Positions 17,438 through 25,409 of a stretch of 61,056 nt of DNA are shown here, in pieces. Made by a program: the position numbers and the translations under genes. The stretch is from a virus (Duplodnaviria; Caudoviricetes). The notes below the pieces were generated by a model. That model worked only from the letters and a program-made list of their open reading frames with translations, had not been told where the DNA came from and ran no database searches. The first letter of the stretch is position 1, and every line of letters begins with the position of its first letter. The stretch lies in IMG/VR virus record IMGVR_UViG_3300043469_000246, positions 1-61,056 of that record, one strand, 5' to 3'.

Positions 17438-17758
17438 ATGGACTTTGAAGAATGGTATGAAAAATACAAACCCATTAAGAATCACCTTGCAAGGGGTGAG
17501 GATCGGGATTACTTTGAGACCTATGACCTTGAACTGGGTTATGTCTTAGGTATCGCAGATACTCATCCCAAAAAGGTATGGACTTATGTTGATGGTGATG
17601 GTGGGACTTATGTGGTGGATGGTTATCACCTAGTCAATCGTATCTATTACTTCATTACTGAAGTGCCTTATGAGGGTGATGGGTTAGAGGTTCAGGTTGA
17701 TGAATATGGTGGGTGTGCAATTTGTGGAGAGGAAGGAGAGTGCGAACATGAGTTATGA
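17438..17758 (+). CDS. acidic early hypothetical protein
   Basis: FETY..VWT.VDGD..GYHLVNRIYYFITEVP. Confidence 0.75.
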   Translation: MDFEEWYEKYKPIKNHLARGEDRDYFETYDLELGYVLGIADTHPKKVWTYVDGDGGTYVVDGYHLVNRIYYFITEVPYEGDGLEVQVDEYGGCAICGEEGECEHEL

Positions 17759-17933
17759 CTCAGATTACGAAAGTGTTTACATGGTTGAGTTTGAATCAGG
17801 CAGAACAATCCATGTTCAATTCTTTGATGCAGAAGAAGTAAAAGATTACTGTTCTCAACATCACCCTGACATGGTTATTAAATCAATCTACCGAGAGGTT
17901 TACTGTAATTTTGAGGAGTGTGAAGATGCGTAG
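17748..17933 (+). CDS. acidic early hypothetical protein
   Basis: AAGGAG SD before ATG 17748. Confidence 0.65.
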   Translation: MSYDSDYESVYMVEFESGRTIHVQFFDAEEVKDYCSQHHPDMVIKSIYREVYCNFEECEDA

Positions 17934-18099
17934 ATATGGAATGAGTGTCAAATTTGAGGGAACGACCTATGTTGAGGTGGATGTGCCAAATGGGGAAGAT
18001 CCTGAAGAATATGGGATGGATATTGCTAATCCCAAGGATGTGGATAACTGGGAGATTATTGAGGTTTACGGATTAGATGAGGTTGATCCGAATGACTAA
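17926..18099 (+). CDS. acidic early hypothetical protein
   Basis: GAGGAG SD before ATG 17926. Confidence 0.65.
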   Translation: MRRYGMSVKFEGTTYVEVDVPNGEDPEEYGMDIANPKDVDNWEIIEVYGLDEVDPND

Positions 18100-18238
18100 A
18101 AGTATCTTAGAACTTATAAAAGAACACTTGATTACATGGCCTCAGTCGGTTGATTCTCAGTTATGGAATGACCGAGTTGATACCTTAATTAAGCGGGTTG
18201 AGGAGTTAGAGGAGAAGAAAGACCAAAAGCCCGAATAG
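18092..18238 (+). CDS. 48-aa hypothetical protein (not in ORF track)
   Basis: MTKSILELIKEHLITWPQ...EKKDQKPE; GAGG SD; ends before terminator. Confidence 0.55.
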   Translation: MTKSILELIKEHLITWPQSVDSQLWNDRVDTLIKRVEELEEKKDQKPE

Positions 18239-18260
18239 ATTTACCTAGCAGTAAAAGGAA

Positions 18261-18291
18261 GCCCCCAGTGCCGTAAGACTGGGGGTTTTTC
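18261..18291 (+). terminator. intrinsic terminator between convergent early and replication operons
   Basis: CCCCCAGT-8-ACTGGGGG followed by TTTTT; likely bidirectional. Confidence 0.8.
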
Positions 18292-18295
18292 TATA

Positions 18296-19117
18296 TTATC
18301 TGCCTATCAACACCTTTTTGAGGGATTGAGACATTTTAAAAGCACCATGAGCAATATAGTCATCATTGAAATCATGCCCGACTGTCGTAGAGATCCAATA
18401 AGGTTTGCCTGTCTCTTTGGCGACTCGTTCTCCGACACCACTGGGGTCATTGTCAGCCACGACTATCCCATTGGGGATAAGCCTTGCTACTTCCTTGAGG
18501 TTGCCTGCACTAAAGCAAACATGGATTGTGTATCGCATTTTATTGGCTCTCATTACCGCCTGAATCGAGAGACCCGTAGCGAGACCCTCGCAGAAGATGG
18601 GGACACCTTTTGCGTCAAAGGTGAAAGTTGCCCCCTTCGTCTGTTGACCATAGAGAAACTTCTTCTTCCCCTCGTCATTGATGAGTTGGCATCCTACTAT
18701 TCTTCCTTCTCTTCGCATGGCAATAACTAACTTACCTTCGCCCTCTGGCGTGTTCCAAACTGGCATCATTTCGTCTGGAAATCCTTTTTTAATCAGATAG
18801 GGATGGTGCATAAGTTGGGTCTGATGCATAATCCAGCCCGCTTTTGCACTTGCCCGTTCTGCCAGTGCCTTTCGTTTTTGATCTTCTTGATTGCGTAATT
18901 TTTCGAAATGTGGGGTTGGTGCATATTTCTCGTTGCTTCGCCACATACTGGGTTTATCCATGGTTGCCCAATTCTGCACCCACGCTACATCACCCATGTA
19001 TTTATAACGCCCATTACGCTTATGGGGGTGGTCGTCCGTTGGGGTAGATATCCACTTAAATGGAACAACACTGTTAATAATGAGCCCATGGGATCGGGCA
19101 AAGTCCTCAAATCTCAT
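18296..19117 (-). CDS. TOPRIM-domain primase
   Basis: CEGLATGLS, FSAGNL, VADND, DFND motifs; ATGA coupling with helicase. Confidence 0.8.
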   Translation of the reverse strand: MRFEDFARSHGLIINSVVPFKWISTPTDDHPHKRNGRYKYMGDVAWVQNWATMDKPSMWRSNEKYAPTPHFEKLRNQEDQKRKALAERASAKAGWIMHQTQLMHHPYLIKKGFPDEMMPVWNTPEGEGKLVIAMRREGRIVGCQLINDEGKKKFLYGQQTKGATFTFDAKGVPIFCEGLATGLSIQAVMRANKMRYTIHVCFSAGNLKEVARLIPNGIVVADNDPSGVGERVAKETGKPYWISTTVGHDFNDDYIAHGAFKMSQSLKKVLIGR

Positions 19118-20592
19118 GCACTTCCCTTTCCTTTTGACCAAGCAATCATTCTATTTTTTACCCATTTTTGGGTCGTAATCGAGGGGGGTATGGTGGTATC
19201 TAACAGACCTTTAGGCCATACGCCAAATCTTTCTCGATATTTATGGTTAGCCCAATAGGGGTTGTAGTTGTAAGTCTTGGCTATGTATAAAAGTTCGGAG
19301 TAAAAGATTTGCTTATCATCTTTTCTTGCCTTATTGCCCGCTACCAATTCAACTAACTCACCCGCCACATGATCGACCATGCTCTTGCGTTTACGCACAT
19401 GACCACAAGCGGGGCAAGTATCACTGTTCTTAGGCCATAAATAACCGCAGGATGGGCATTTGGCTTCTGCTTTTTTCTTTTCAGTTAGTTCTCGCTTGGC
19501 TCTCTCTACTTTACCCTCAAGGGACTTAACACCTTCGGAGTAAATCTCATCCCAATCATCCCGAAAGCGTAAATAGTTACCTGAATGGTCTAGCCATAGG
19601 GCAAACTCTTTGCCTTCGTAAGGACGCATAACCCGCCCCATTTGTTGGACATGACTGGAAAGGGATTTGGAAAAAGGTCGAGCAGAAACTCCAATCATCA
19701 CATCCGATACATCAAAGCCTCTAGTAAGAATGTCAGTCGCAATCAGACCATTGATCTCGGTATCGGGTTTGGCAAAGTCTTCGATGGCTGCCCGCTTGAA
19801 TTCGTCATTATCTTTATAGGAAATCGAGACAAAGTTATAGCCTTTTTGGGCAAACTTATCGACCAAATGTGCGCCATGGGCTACGCCTGAGCAGAAAACA
19901 ATAGTTTTAACGGGCTTTCCAAAAACTTCGTGGGTCTTTTTAATCCATTCATCCACAATATCGCCCGTAATTCTCATGCCTCTCTCGGTGGTTTGGTCGG
20001 CAGACCACTCTCCAGCGACCTTTTTAACGCCCGTCATATCGATTTCTTTAGCAATATAGACCTTGAGTGGGGCAAGCCACTTAGAATTCACCAAATCCTC
20101 TGTGGTAGCCCCGCAGACCACATTGGAATACAGATCCCCCAATCCTTTGGTAAATGGCGTGGCGGTCAATCCAATGACTTTGACCTGGGGATTGTTTTGG
20201 ATAAAGTCAGAAGTCTGCTTTCTAGCGATATGGCATTCATCGACTATAAGAAGATCAATCTCTGGAAAGTCTTGTCTGCGTTCTAGGGTTTGGGCAGAAC
20301 ACACCTGAAGTCGGTTGGTGCGGTCAAATTTCCAATGATCGGCTTGAAATACCCCATGATTGATGCCGTACTTAGTGAGGCGGTTACTGGTTTGATCGAC
20401 CAAGACAATGCGGTCAAGCACCATCGATGCCTTCTTGTAATTGTCTTTGGTGGCTTTCATTAGGTAGATGGCTACCTCGGTCTTACCAAACCCTGTTGGG
20501 GCATACAACAGTTGAGATCGGTGTCCTTGCTTAAACCCGTCTCTTAGAACACTAACCACATGGGTTTGGTGTTCTCTTAACTCTAAATCCAT
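19114..20592 (-). CDS. superfamily 2 DNA helicase with C-terminal Zn finger
   Basis: APTGFGKT, DECH, TAT, RGFD, QMGRVMR; CPSC/CPAC. Confidence 0.9.
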   Translation of the reverse strand: MDLELREHQTHVVSVLRDGFKQGHRSQLLYAPTGFGKTEVAIYLMKATKDNYKKASMVLDRIVLVDQTSNRLTKYGINHGVFQADHWKFDRTNRLQVCSAQTLERRQDFPEIDLLIVDECHIARKQTSDFIQNNPQVKVIGLTATPFTKGLGDLYSNVVCGATTEDLVNSKWLAPLKVYIAKEIDMTGVKKVAGEWSADQTTERGMRITGDIVDEWIKKTHEVFGKPVKTIVFCSGVAHGAHLVDKFAQKGYNFVSISYKDNDEFKRAAIEDFAKPDTEINGLIATDILTRGFDVSDVMIGVSARPFSKSLSSHVQQMGRVMRPYEGKEFALWLDHSGNYLRFRDDWDEIYSEGVKSLEGKVERAKRELTEKKKAEAKCPSCGYLWPKNSDTCPACGHVRKRKSMVDHVAGELVELVAGNKARKDDKQIFYSELLYIAKTYNYNPYWANHKYRERFGVWPKGLLDTTIPPSITTQKWVKNRMIAWSKGKGSA

Positions 20593-20645
20593 AAATACTC
20601 CTAACTACCAAATTCCCTTTGGCTTGGGCTGGGGCATACGCCCCC

Positions 20646-21509
20646 TTAAACTGTTTCGTATTTCTTTAGTTTTGCTTTTAATGATTTAATGGTTCGCATC
20701 ATTTCAGCGTTCTCGTTTTGATAAATGTCTCGGCTTTCACGCATAGACTTGTTATCAATCTCTAAAACCCTGATCTGTTCCCGTAGGTTCTTGATGGTCT
20801 CTTCGACATCGATCTTCTCAATCTCAGAGGCATCCCACTGTCCTACGGCTATCTTGTCCCGCATGACTGTGTTTTCTTCTGCCAAAGTATTGACTGTGGT
20901 GGCTAACTCTTTGACCTTTTGCTCCAGTTCTTTGACCTCTGGGTTGGCGGTTGTTACATCAGGCTTCGTGGTTGGGGTGGTCGCCTTTTTCTTCTTATCG
21001 GTCTTCATGGTGGTTGTATTGCCATGCCTATCGACATAGGTAACAGTGGTTTGGGCTGGGGTTTTCGCTTCTTCTTGCATCGCTACACGCACACGCCCAA
21101 CAGTCATGCTAGAGATATCAAGTTCCTTGGCAATATGGTTGTTTGACCACTTGCTGTATTCCTCATCGGTAAGCATGATGCGAAGAATGGCACGGATGTC
21201 TTCGGCTTTAAGGCGGTTGCCATGTTTGTTGTTGGCTTTCCATGCGTAGAACTGGGCTTCACGCAGTGTGCCAGTATGGATAATTGCTTCGATACTGGTT
21301 AGCCCATTAGTTTTATAACCAAAGTAGCGATGGAATCCATCGACTAACCAGTATACCGAGCCATCATGGAATACTTCAACGGGCGGGAAAACAACTCCCT
21401 CACGCATCACCTCGGCATATTCTTTGACGAGGTTTTGATCTAGTTCGAGACGGGGCTGAGTTCCCCCATCAGTACGGATATTCAGTAGATTCAGTTTCTT
21501 CACATTCAC
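20646..21509 (-). CDS. ParB-like N-terminal domain protein with HTH and coiled coil
   Basis: TQPR, FPPVEV, LVDGFHRY, WSNNHIAKEL; start may be GTG at 21503. Confidence 0.75.
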   Translation of the reverse strand: MNVKKLNLLNIRTDGGTQPRLELDQNLVKEYAEVMREGVVFPPVEVFHDGSVYWLVDGFHRYFGYKTNGLTSIEAIIHTGTLREAQFYAWKANNKHGNRLKAEDIRAILRIMLTDEEYSKWSNNHIAKELDISSMTVGRVRVAMQEEAKTPAQTTVTYVDRHGNTTTMKTDKKKKATTPTTKPDVTTANPEVKELEQKVKELATTVNTLAEENTVMRDKIAVGQWDASEIEKIDVEETIKNLREQIRVLEIDNKSMRESRDIYQNENAEMMRTIKSLKAKLKKYETV

Positions 21510-21797
21510 TCCTCTTGTAGTTAAGTAAGTAATACAGTCAGGTTGCTTTTTGGTGAACGCACCTAGCCTCTCCTAGATGCCTTCAACTGTTGCTTTTTGG
21601 AGCCACAGCACCCGCCAGACGTTCGATCTAGGACTCTGGCTTCGCCATCCTTTCCCCTGTTTCAGATCTAATCCCACAGTAGGGGTTCTTCCCATATAGC
21701 TGCTGTTATGTCCGACCTATATGGTGTAGCTGTGGAGACTTACGAAGAGTGAAGAGGCAGTTATGCCTTTCACACGTTCTCGTAATTCTCCTAGCAC
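21510..21797 (-). ncRNA. ~285-nt highly structured 5' leader / ncRNA of the replication operon
   Basis: six consecutive hairpins, a 12-nt direct repeat, no credible ORF, own promoter. Confidence 0.55.
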
Positions 21798-21801
21798 GAC
21801 T

Positions 21802-21830
21802 AGATTAAACCAATCGAAATAAATTTGCAA
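21802..21830 (-). promoter_or_regulatory. sigma70 promoter of replication operon
   Basis: TTGCAA-17 nt-TAATCT with upstream A-tract. Confidence 0.65.
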
Positions 21831-21844
21831 CAATTTTTTTTCAC

Positions 21845-21882
21845 AAAAGAAAAACCCCCAGGAGTGTGAGCCTGGGGGTTTT
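21845..21882 (-). terminator. intrinsic terminator (symmetric)
   Basis: AAAACCCCCAGG-8-CCTGGGGGTTTT then TCTTTT on minus strand. Confidence 0.8.
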
Positions 21883-21970
21883 AGGGTGAGTGTGTTCACC
21901 GAGGGCTTGCTTTGCACAAAACCAATCTGCTAGGAGTGGAGAACGTGCGATACCAGTGTTGGCTGGTGCA
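21845..21970 (-). ncRNA. candidate trans-acting antisense sRNA carrying CUCCUAGCAG
   Basis: bounded by promoter and terminator; hairpins; 10-nt perfect complement of the repeated RBS motif. Confidence 0.6.
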
Positions 21971-21973
21971 CTA

Positions 21974-22003
21974 AATGTACCACATAACAGGAATAAACGT
22001 CAA
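21974..22003 (-). promoter_or_regulatory. putative sigma70 promoter for the sRNA
   Basis: TTGACG-18 nt-TACATT with extended TGn. Confidence 0.55.
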
Positions 22004-22035
22004 CATGTTGTGTTATCAAGGAACATCAAAGGCTA

Positions 22036-22329
22036 TCAACGGATATCAATAAGTCCGTTTTCAAAGAGCCAGCCTATAGTCTTGCGGTGGGCTTCTTCCC
22101 ACATTTCAACCCGTTCTGCTTTACTTAGGCTCAAACCCTGATCCAGATTGGAATGACACTGAAAACAGAGAGCCGCCACCCTAAAATCGTGCGCCTTCAA
22201 GGATCTCCCTTTTCCGTCACGGAGCTGGTTTGAGTGCGCAGCGCAGACTGTGCCGTCCTGTTTGCCACAGTTATGGCATGGGCTAGTTCTAACCAGCTCT
22301 AGGAGCTTCTTATTGCGATAAATAGTCAC
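22036..22329 (-). CDS. small zinc-binding HNH-like nuclease (DUF968/Ref-like)
   Basis: YRNKKLLELVR..CHNC..AAH..KAHD..LCFQCH. Confidence 0.65.
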   Translation of the reverse strand: MTIYRNKKLLELVRTSPCHNCGKQDGTVCAAHSNQLRDGKGRSLKAHDFRVAALCFQCHSNLDQGLSLSKAERVEMWEEAHRKTIGWLFENGLIDIR

Positions 22330-22511
22330 AGAAGATCATCTGGGGAATAGACATCATAGCGAGTTCTTAGAACTCGTCTGATCTTATCCAAGGCAGATTT
22401 CTCCAAAATAGATACATATGCACGGGATATGCCCATCTCCTTGGCTATCTCTTCATGGGTTAATTCTGCTTCAAACCCCGTTGTTTTATTAACATCTACC
22501 ATCATCTTCAT
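22326..22511 (-). CDS. sigma70 region 4-like HTH protein
   Basis: LTHEEIAKEMGISRAYVSILEKSALDKIR. Confidence 0.75.
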   Translation of the reverse strand: MKMMVDVNKTTGFEAELTHEEIAKEMGISRAYVSILEKSALDKIRRVLRTRYDVYSPDDLL

Positions 22512-22704
22512 CGCTGATCCTCACACTGGAAGATACATTGTATGCCCGATTCCATGCTGCTTGCCAGACAATCCAGTAGTTCTGAAGGATCTTTTGGGGG
22601 TGGGGCCATGGCTCTATGGTATCCATAGCCCACTGATTAAATTCTTCTTCCATTCGATTTATATTTAGGGAATTTTCACGATCTTCGGTAGTCCAAGTAG
22701 TCAT
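22489..22704 (-). CDS. hypothetical protein
   Basis: MTTWTTEDR; WIVWQAAW. Confidence 0.6.
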   Translation of the reverse strand: MTTWTTEDRENSLNINRMEEEFNQWAMDTIEPWPHPQKILQNYWIVWQAAWNRAYNVSSSVRISDEDDGRC

Positions 22705-23333
22705 GTTATCTCCTCAAAGTTATAAAACCATTCGTCCTTAGCACTCCACTTAGCATGGTTCTCAACGCTATATACCTCGGTGGGTATCTTAAAGTCGGGT
22801 GTCTTTAGAACTGCGGGTACTAGCGATACATCGTACCAAAGGCACCGATTATTAGGTTGGCAAGCAAACTGCCCGTTATCTAAACGGATAAAGTTATAAG
22901 ACTTATGCTCCTCAACACCCTCTGAAAAGCTAGTATCTAGTCTGTTAGATTCGGGCGAGGCAAAGTCAATGGTGAACAGGTAATTACCAAAGTGAAACTG
23001 CTTGTCCTTGCCAAAGAACTTGACCTTGAGTCCTCTTAAATTAGACTTCTCAATCACCGCCATGTCGTAGGATAGGCAGTCCCATATCTGTAGGTGGTCT
23101 AACGGCAACGGCTCGGCTACTTCTTTCCACACATAAGCATGGATTGGTAGCTTGTCGTACAAAGCACCGTAGTTAGTTAGCATCGACTCGATACGGAAGG
23201 CTTGCCCTTTGATCGCCTTGGCAGTCATCCACACACAAGGCTCTAGTTCTCCATGCCCTTTCTCGTGGTTGTAGAGAAACTCCTTACGCACAAAGCACTT
23301 GACGGGGGGTATATTGGCTACAAGGAATGTCAT
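22701..23333 (-). CDS. conserved phage hypothetical protein
   Basis: ANIPP, YGALYDKLPI, QIWDCLSY, EHKS, NGQFACQPNNR; ATGA coupling at 23330-23333. Confidence 0.75.
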   Translation of the reverse strand: MTFLVANIPPVKCFVRKEFLYNHEKGHGELEPCVWMTAKAIKGQAFRIESMLTNYGALYDKLPIHAYVWKEVAEPLPLDHLQIWDCLSYDMAVIEKSNLRGLKVKFFGKDKQFHFGNYLFTIDFASPESNRLDTSFSEGVEEHKSYNFIRLDNGQFACQPNNRCLWYDVSLVPAVLKTPDFKIPTEVYSVENHAKWSAKDEWFYNFEEIT

Positions 23334-23503
23334 TTTTGAATCCTTTCCCACAACTCAGACATTGGCATCCCCCTAATTTCTCTCCAACCAATGTGTATAC
23401 AGGCGTACATAATGAACAGGAAGAACGCAAAGACTACGGCAAATATTAGCACCGCACAGGTAGCTACGAACAAAGCAAACATATTAAGTATGGTGACAAT
23501 CAT
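23330..23503 (-). CDS. 57-aa membrane protein (not in ORF track)
   Basis: MIVTILNMFALFVATCAVLIFAVVFAFFLFIMYACIHIGW...; fills gap exactly. Confidence 0.6.
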   Translation of the reverse strand: MIVTILNMFALFVATCAVLIFAVVFAFFLFIMYACIHIGWREIRGMPMSELWERIQK

Positions 23504-23504
23504 T

Positions 23505-23765
23505 TTATTTAATATATTTTGGCATACAGGTTACGTCAACTGGGGCCTCAGATAAGAACCCATTAACTTTTCTTCTAGTAGTTATTACAACAGGTCTTGT
23601 GCCTGCCGCTTCGCACTCCATAATGGCATTAATCATTTCATTTCGAGACATTACATACGTGCTTTTATCTACAAGAACTTCCGTATTCGGAAGATTAGCA
23701 ATTGGGTCTCTGCTGGCACAAGCACCAAGTACTGCACACACCGCAACAATGTATAGCTTCTTCAT
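23505..23765 (-). CDS. putative lipoprotein
   Basis: MKK + hydrophobic stretch + LGAC lipobox. Confidence 0.7.
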   Translation of the reverse strand: MKKLYIVAVCAVLGACASRDPIANLPNTEVLVDKSTYVMSRNEMINAIMECEAAGTRPVVITTRRKVNGFLSEAPVDVTCMPKYIK

Positions 23766-24043
23766 TTTTTGTTTCCTTTTTCAAAAAAATTTAGGGAGTA
23801 AGAATGCAACATGCCTGTATCCCAAATAATGAGCACTCTTGACTCATCTGCTGCCCAACAGCCAAAGTTAGCACTCCCATCTCTGTAGGTTAAGTAGGCT
23901 ATCTTTGTATTCTTAATATCTTTACACTTTGCATCTGTTAAAGAAATGGTCATATCGTCCTGATTTATACCTTGAGCTATAACGCCACGTGCTAAAACTT
24001 GGGCAGATAAAATTAGGCTTAACAAAACAACTACAACTTTCAT
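23762..24043 (-). CDS. putative secreted protein
   Basis: signal-peptide-like N-terminus; GCW motif. Confidence 0.65.
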   Translation of the reverse strand: MKVVVVLLSLILSAQVLARGVIAQGINQDDMTISLTDAKCKDIKNTKIAYLTYRDGSANFGCWAADESRVLIIWDTGMLHSYSLNFFEKGNKK

Positions 24044-24234
24044 TTTCTAACTCTTTTTTTAATTGCTGGTAAACCAATGGTTTCTTGTGGTTTCCGAGCC
24101 TCAATCATGTGGTCAGCTAACGCATACGCACCCTCTGCTACTTCTTCTAACTTATTGTTTCCACGCATCAACAACCCCGCTAAAGCAAAACCCGCAAGTA
24201 AATCACGCAGATACTCTTTTTCTTCATCGTTCAT
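24040..24234 (-). CDS. small conserved phage protein
   Basis: LRDLLAGFALAGL..AYALADHMIEAR motif. Confidence 0.7.
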   Translation of the reverse strand: MNDEEKEYLRDLLAGFALAGLLMRGNNKLEEVAEGAYALADHMIEARKPQETIGLPAIKKRVRK

Positions 24235-24515
24235 TTTTTAATCTCCAGTGATTCAATTTGATCCGTTAGGATTGAGCCAAGATCTTTTCCCTTGATAGCT
24301 ATCATTTGAGCTTCTTCACAATCGTAGACTAACTGCGATGCATCCTTAAGGGCTTTGTTATACCCACTGGTGTACGCATCATTTCCCTCGATAATCATGC
24401 AAATAGCATCCCGTATTAACTTAGATGCTGTTCGGTTCTTGGCTTCTTTCTTAAGCCGAGCATGCATATCGGCAGGCAGATACACCGAATAAGGAACTAA
24501 TTTTTTTTGCGCCAT
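24231..24515 (-). CDS. ribbon-helix-helix-like DNA-binding protein
   Basis: YSVYLPADMHARLKKEA..ASKLIRDAI. Confidence 0.6.
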   Translation of the reverse strand: MAQKKLVPYSVYLPADMHARLKKEAKNRTASKLIRDAICMIIEGNDAYTSGYNKALKDASQLVYDCEEAQMIAIKGKDLGSILTDQIESLEIKK

Positions 24516-24916
24516 TCGTTAAATTCCTTTAATATTCTGGTAAATGAGATTCTTGCCATTTCATTGGTCTTTAGTTCAGAACGAGATTGAATATTCAGGC
24601 AATGGCGTAACCATTCTGTTGCCATCGCCTCTTCTTCCTCAAAGATTTGCCCGTCATCACACAGATACTTCCAAAATTTAGGATCACGGCATAGCAAACC
24701 AGCAATGCGAACATACTTATCACCAATAAACTCTTCTCTGTTTAGTGGGGATTCATCTGCTCCAATCCTGACCATAACCACCTGATACCTAGCACCGACA
24801 AAATCCCGAAGAAGCTCTTCTGGGATATCGTCTGGGTGCATAGATAAGGTCAAGACATAGCCAGTCTTATCCTGTTTGAGAGCAACCTTGACCCCTTCAA
24901 ATTGCATTGTCTTCAT
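24497..24916 (-). CDS. hypothetical protein
   Basis: AGLLCRDPKFW..IQSRSEL motif. Confidence 0.7.
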   Translation of the reverse strand: MKTMQFEGVKVALKQDKTGYVLTLSMHPDDIPEELLRDFVGARYQVVMVRIGADESPLNREEFIGDKYVRIAGLLCRDPKFWKYLCDDGQIFEEEEAMATEWLRHCLNIQSRSELKTNEMARISFTRILKEFNEWRKKN

Positions 24917-25146
24917 TGGCTTTTTTCAAGTCCTAATTGATGTTCAAGGTAAGAGATCACCGCTTTGTAACCGACAATTTGGTGATTTAGCTCTGCAATT
25001 TGAATGTCTTTGAGGTCAATCGTTTCGTGTAAAGAGTCAAGCTGAGACTCTTTGTATAAGCTAATTTTTTGTTTAGCAGAGTTTTCAAACCGTTCAGCTT
25101 GCGCATTGATATCGTCAAAGGTATATATCTTTTTAGTTCTTCCCAT
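24913..25146 (-). CDS. hypothetical coiled-coil protein
   Basis: AGGAG SD, coupled. Confidence 0.65.
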   Translation of the reverse strand: MGRTKKIYTFDDINAQAERFENSAKQKISLYKESQLDSLHETIDLKDIQIAELNHQIVGYKAVISYLEHQLGLEKSQ

Positions 25147-25154
25147 GACGTCTC

Positions 25155-25409
25155 CTAGTAAGGTAAGTCGTTATCAACAGGCTTCTCATAGGGTTCTGAG
25201 GCAGAGATTGACAATGTCTTCTTGCCGTTGATCTCTTTCTTCCACCCCGCCACGGATATTTTGATAAGCCCTTCGGGATTCTTCATCATCATTGCTTTGA
25301 TAAAGTCACGATCAAGATGCAGATCACCCCTAACATCAGGGTGAGTCTCTGTTTTCTTCTTATCGTTAGGCCACAGTGTGCCTGTGTTTGCTTTTGGTAT
25401 GAACGCCAT
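25155..25409 (-). CDS. putative small ssDNA-binding protein (DUF736-like)
   Basis: GTLWPNDKK..HPDVRG..ISVAGWKK..LSIS; acidic DNDLPY tail. Confidence 0.6.
   Translation of the reverse strand: MAFIPKANTGTLWPNDKKKTETHPDVRGDLHLDRDFIKAMMMKNPEGLIKISVAGWKKEINGKKTLSISASEPYEKPVDNDLPY

Noticed and set aside
21717-22141. ORFs 21717-21917 (-) and 21890-22141 (+)
   Set aside because: They cross a terminator, promoters or an opposite-strand gene and lack RBS or motifs; non-coding interpretation fits better
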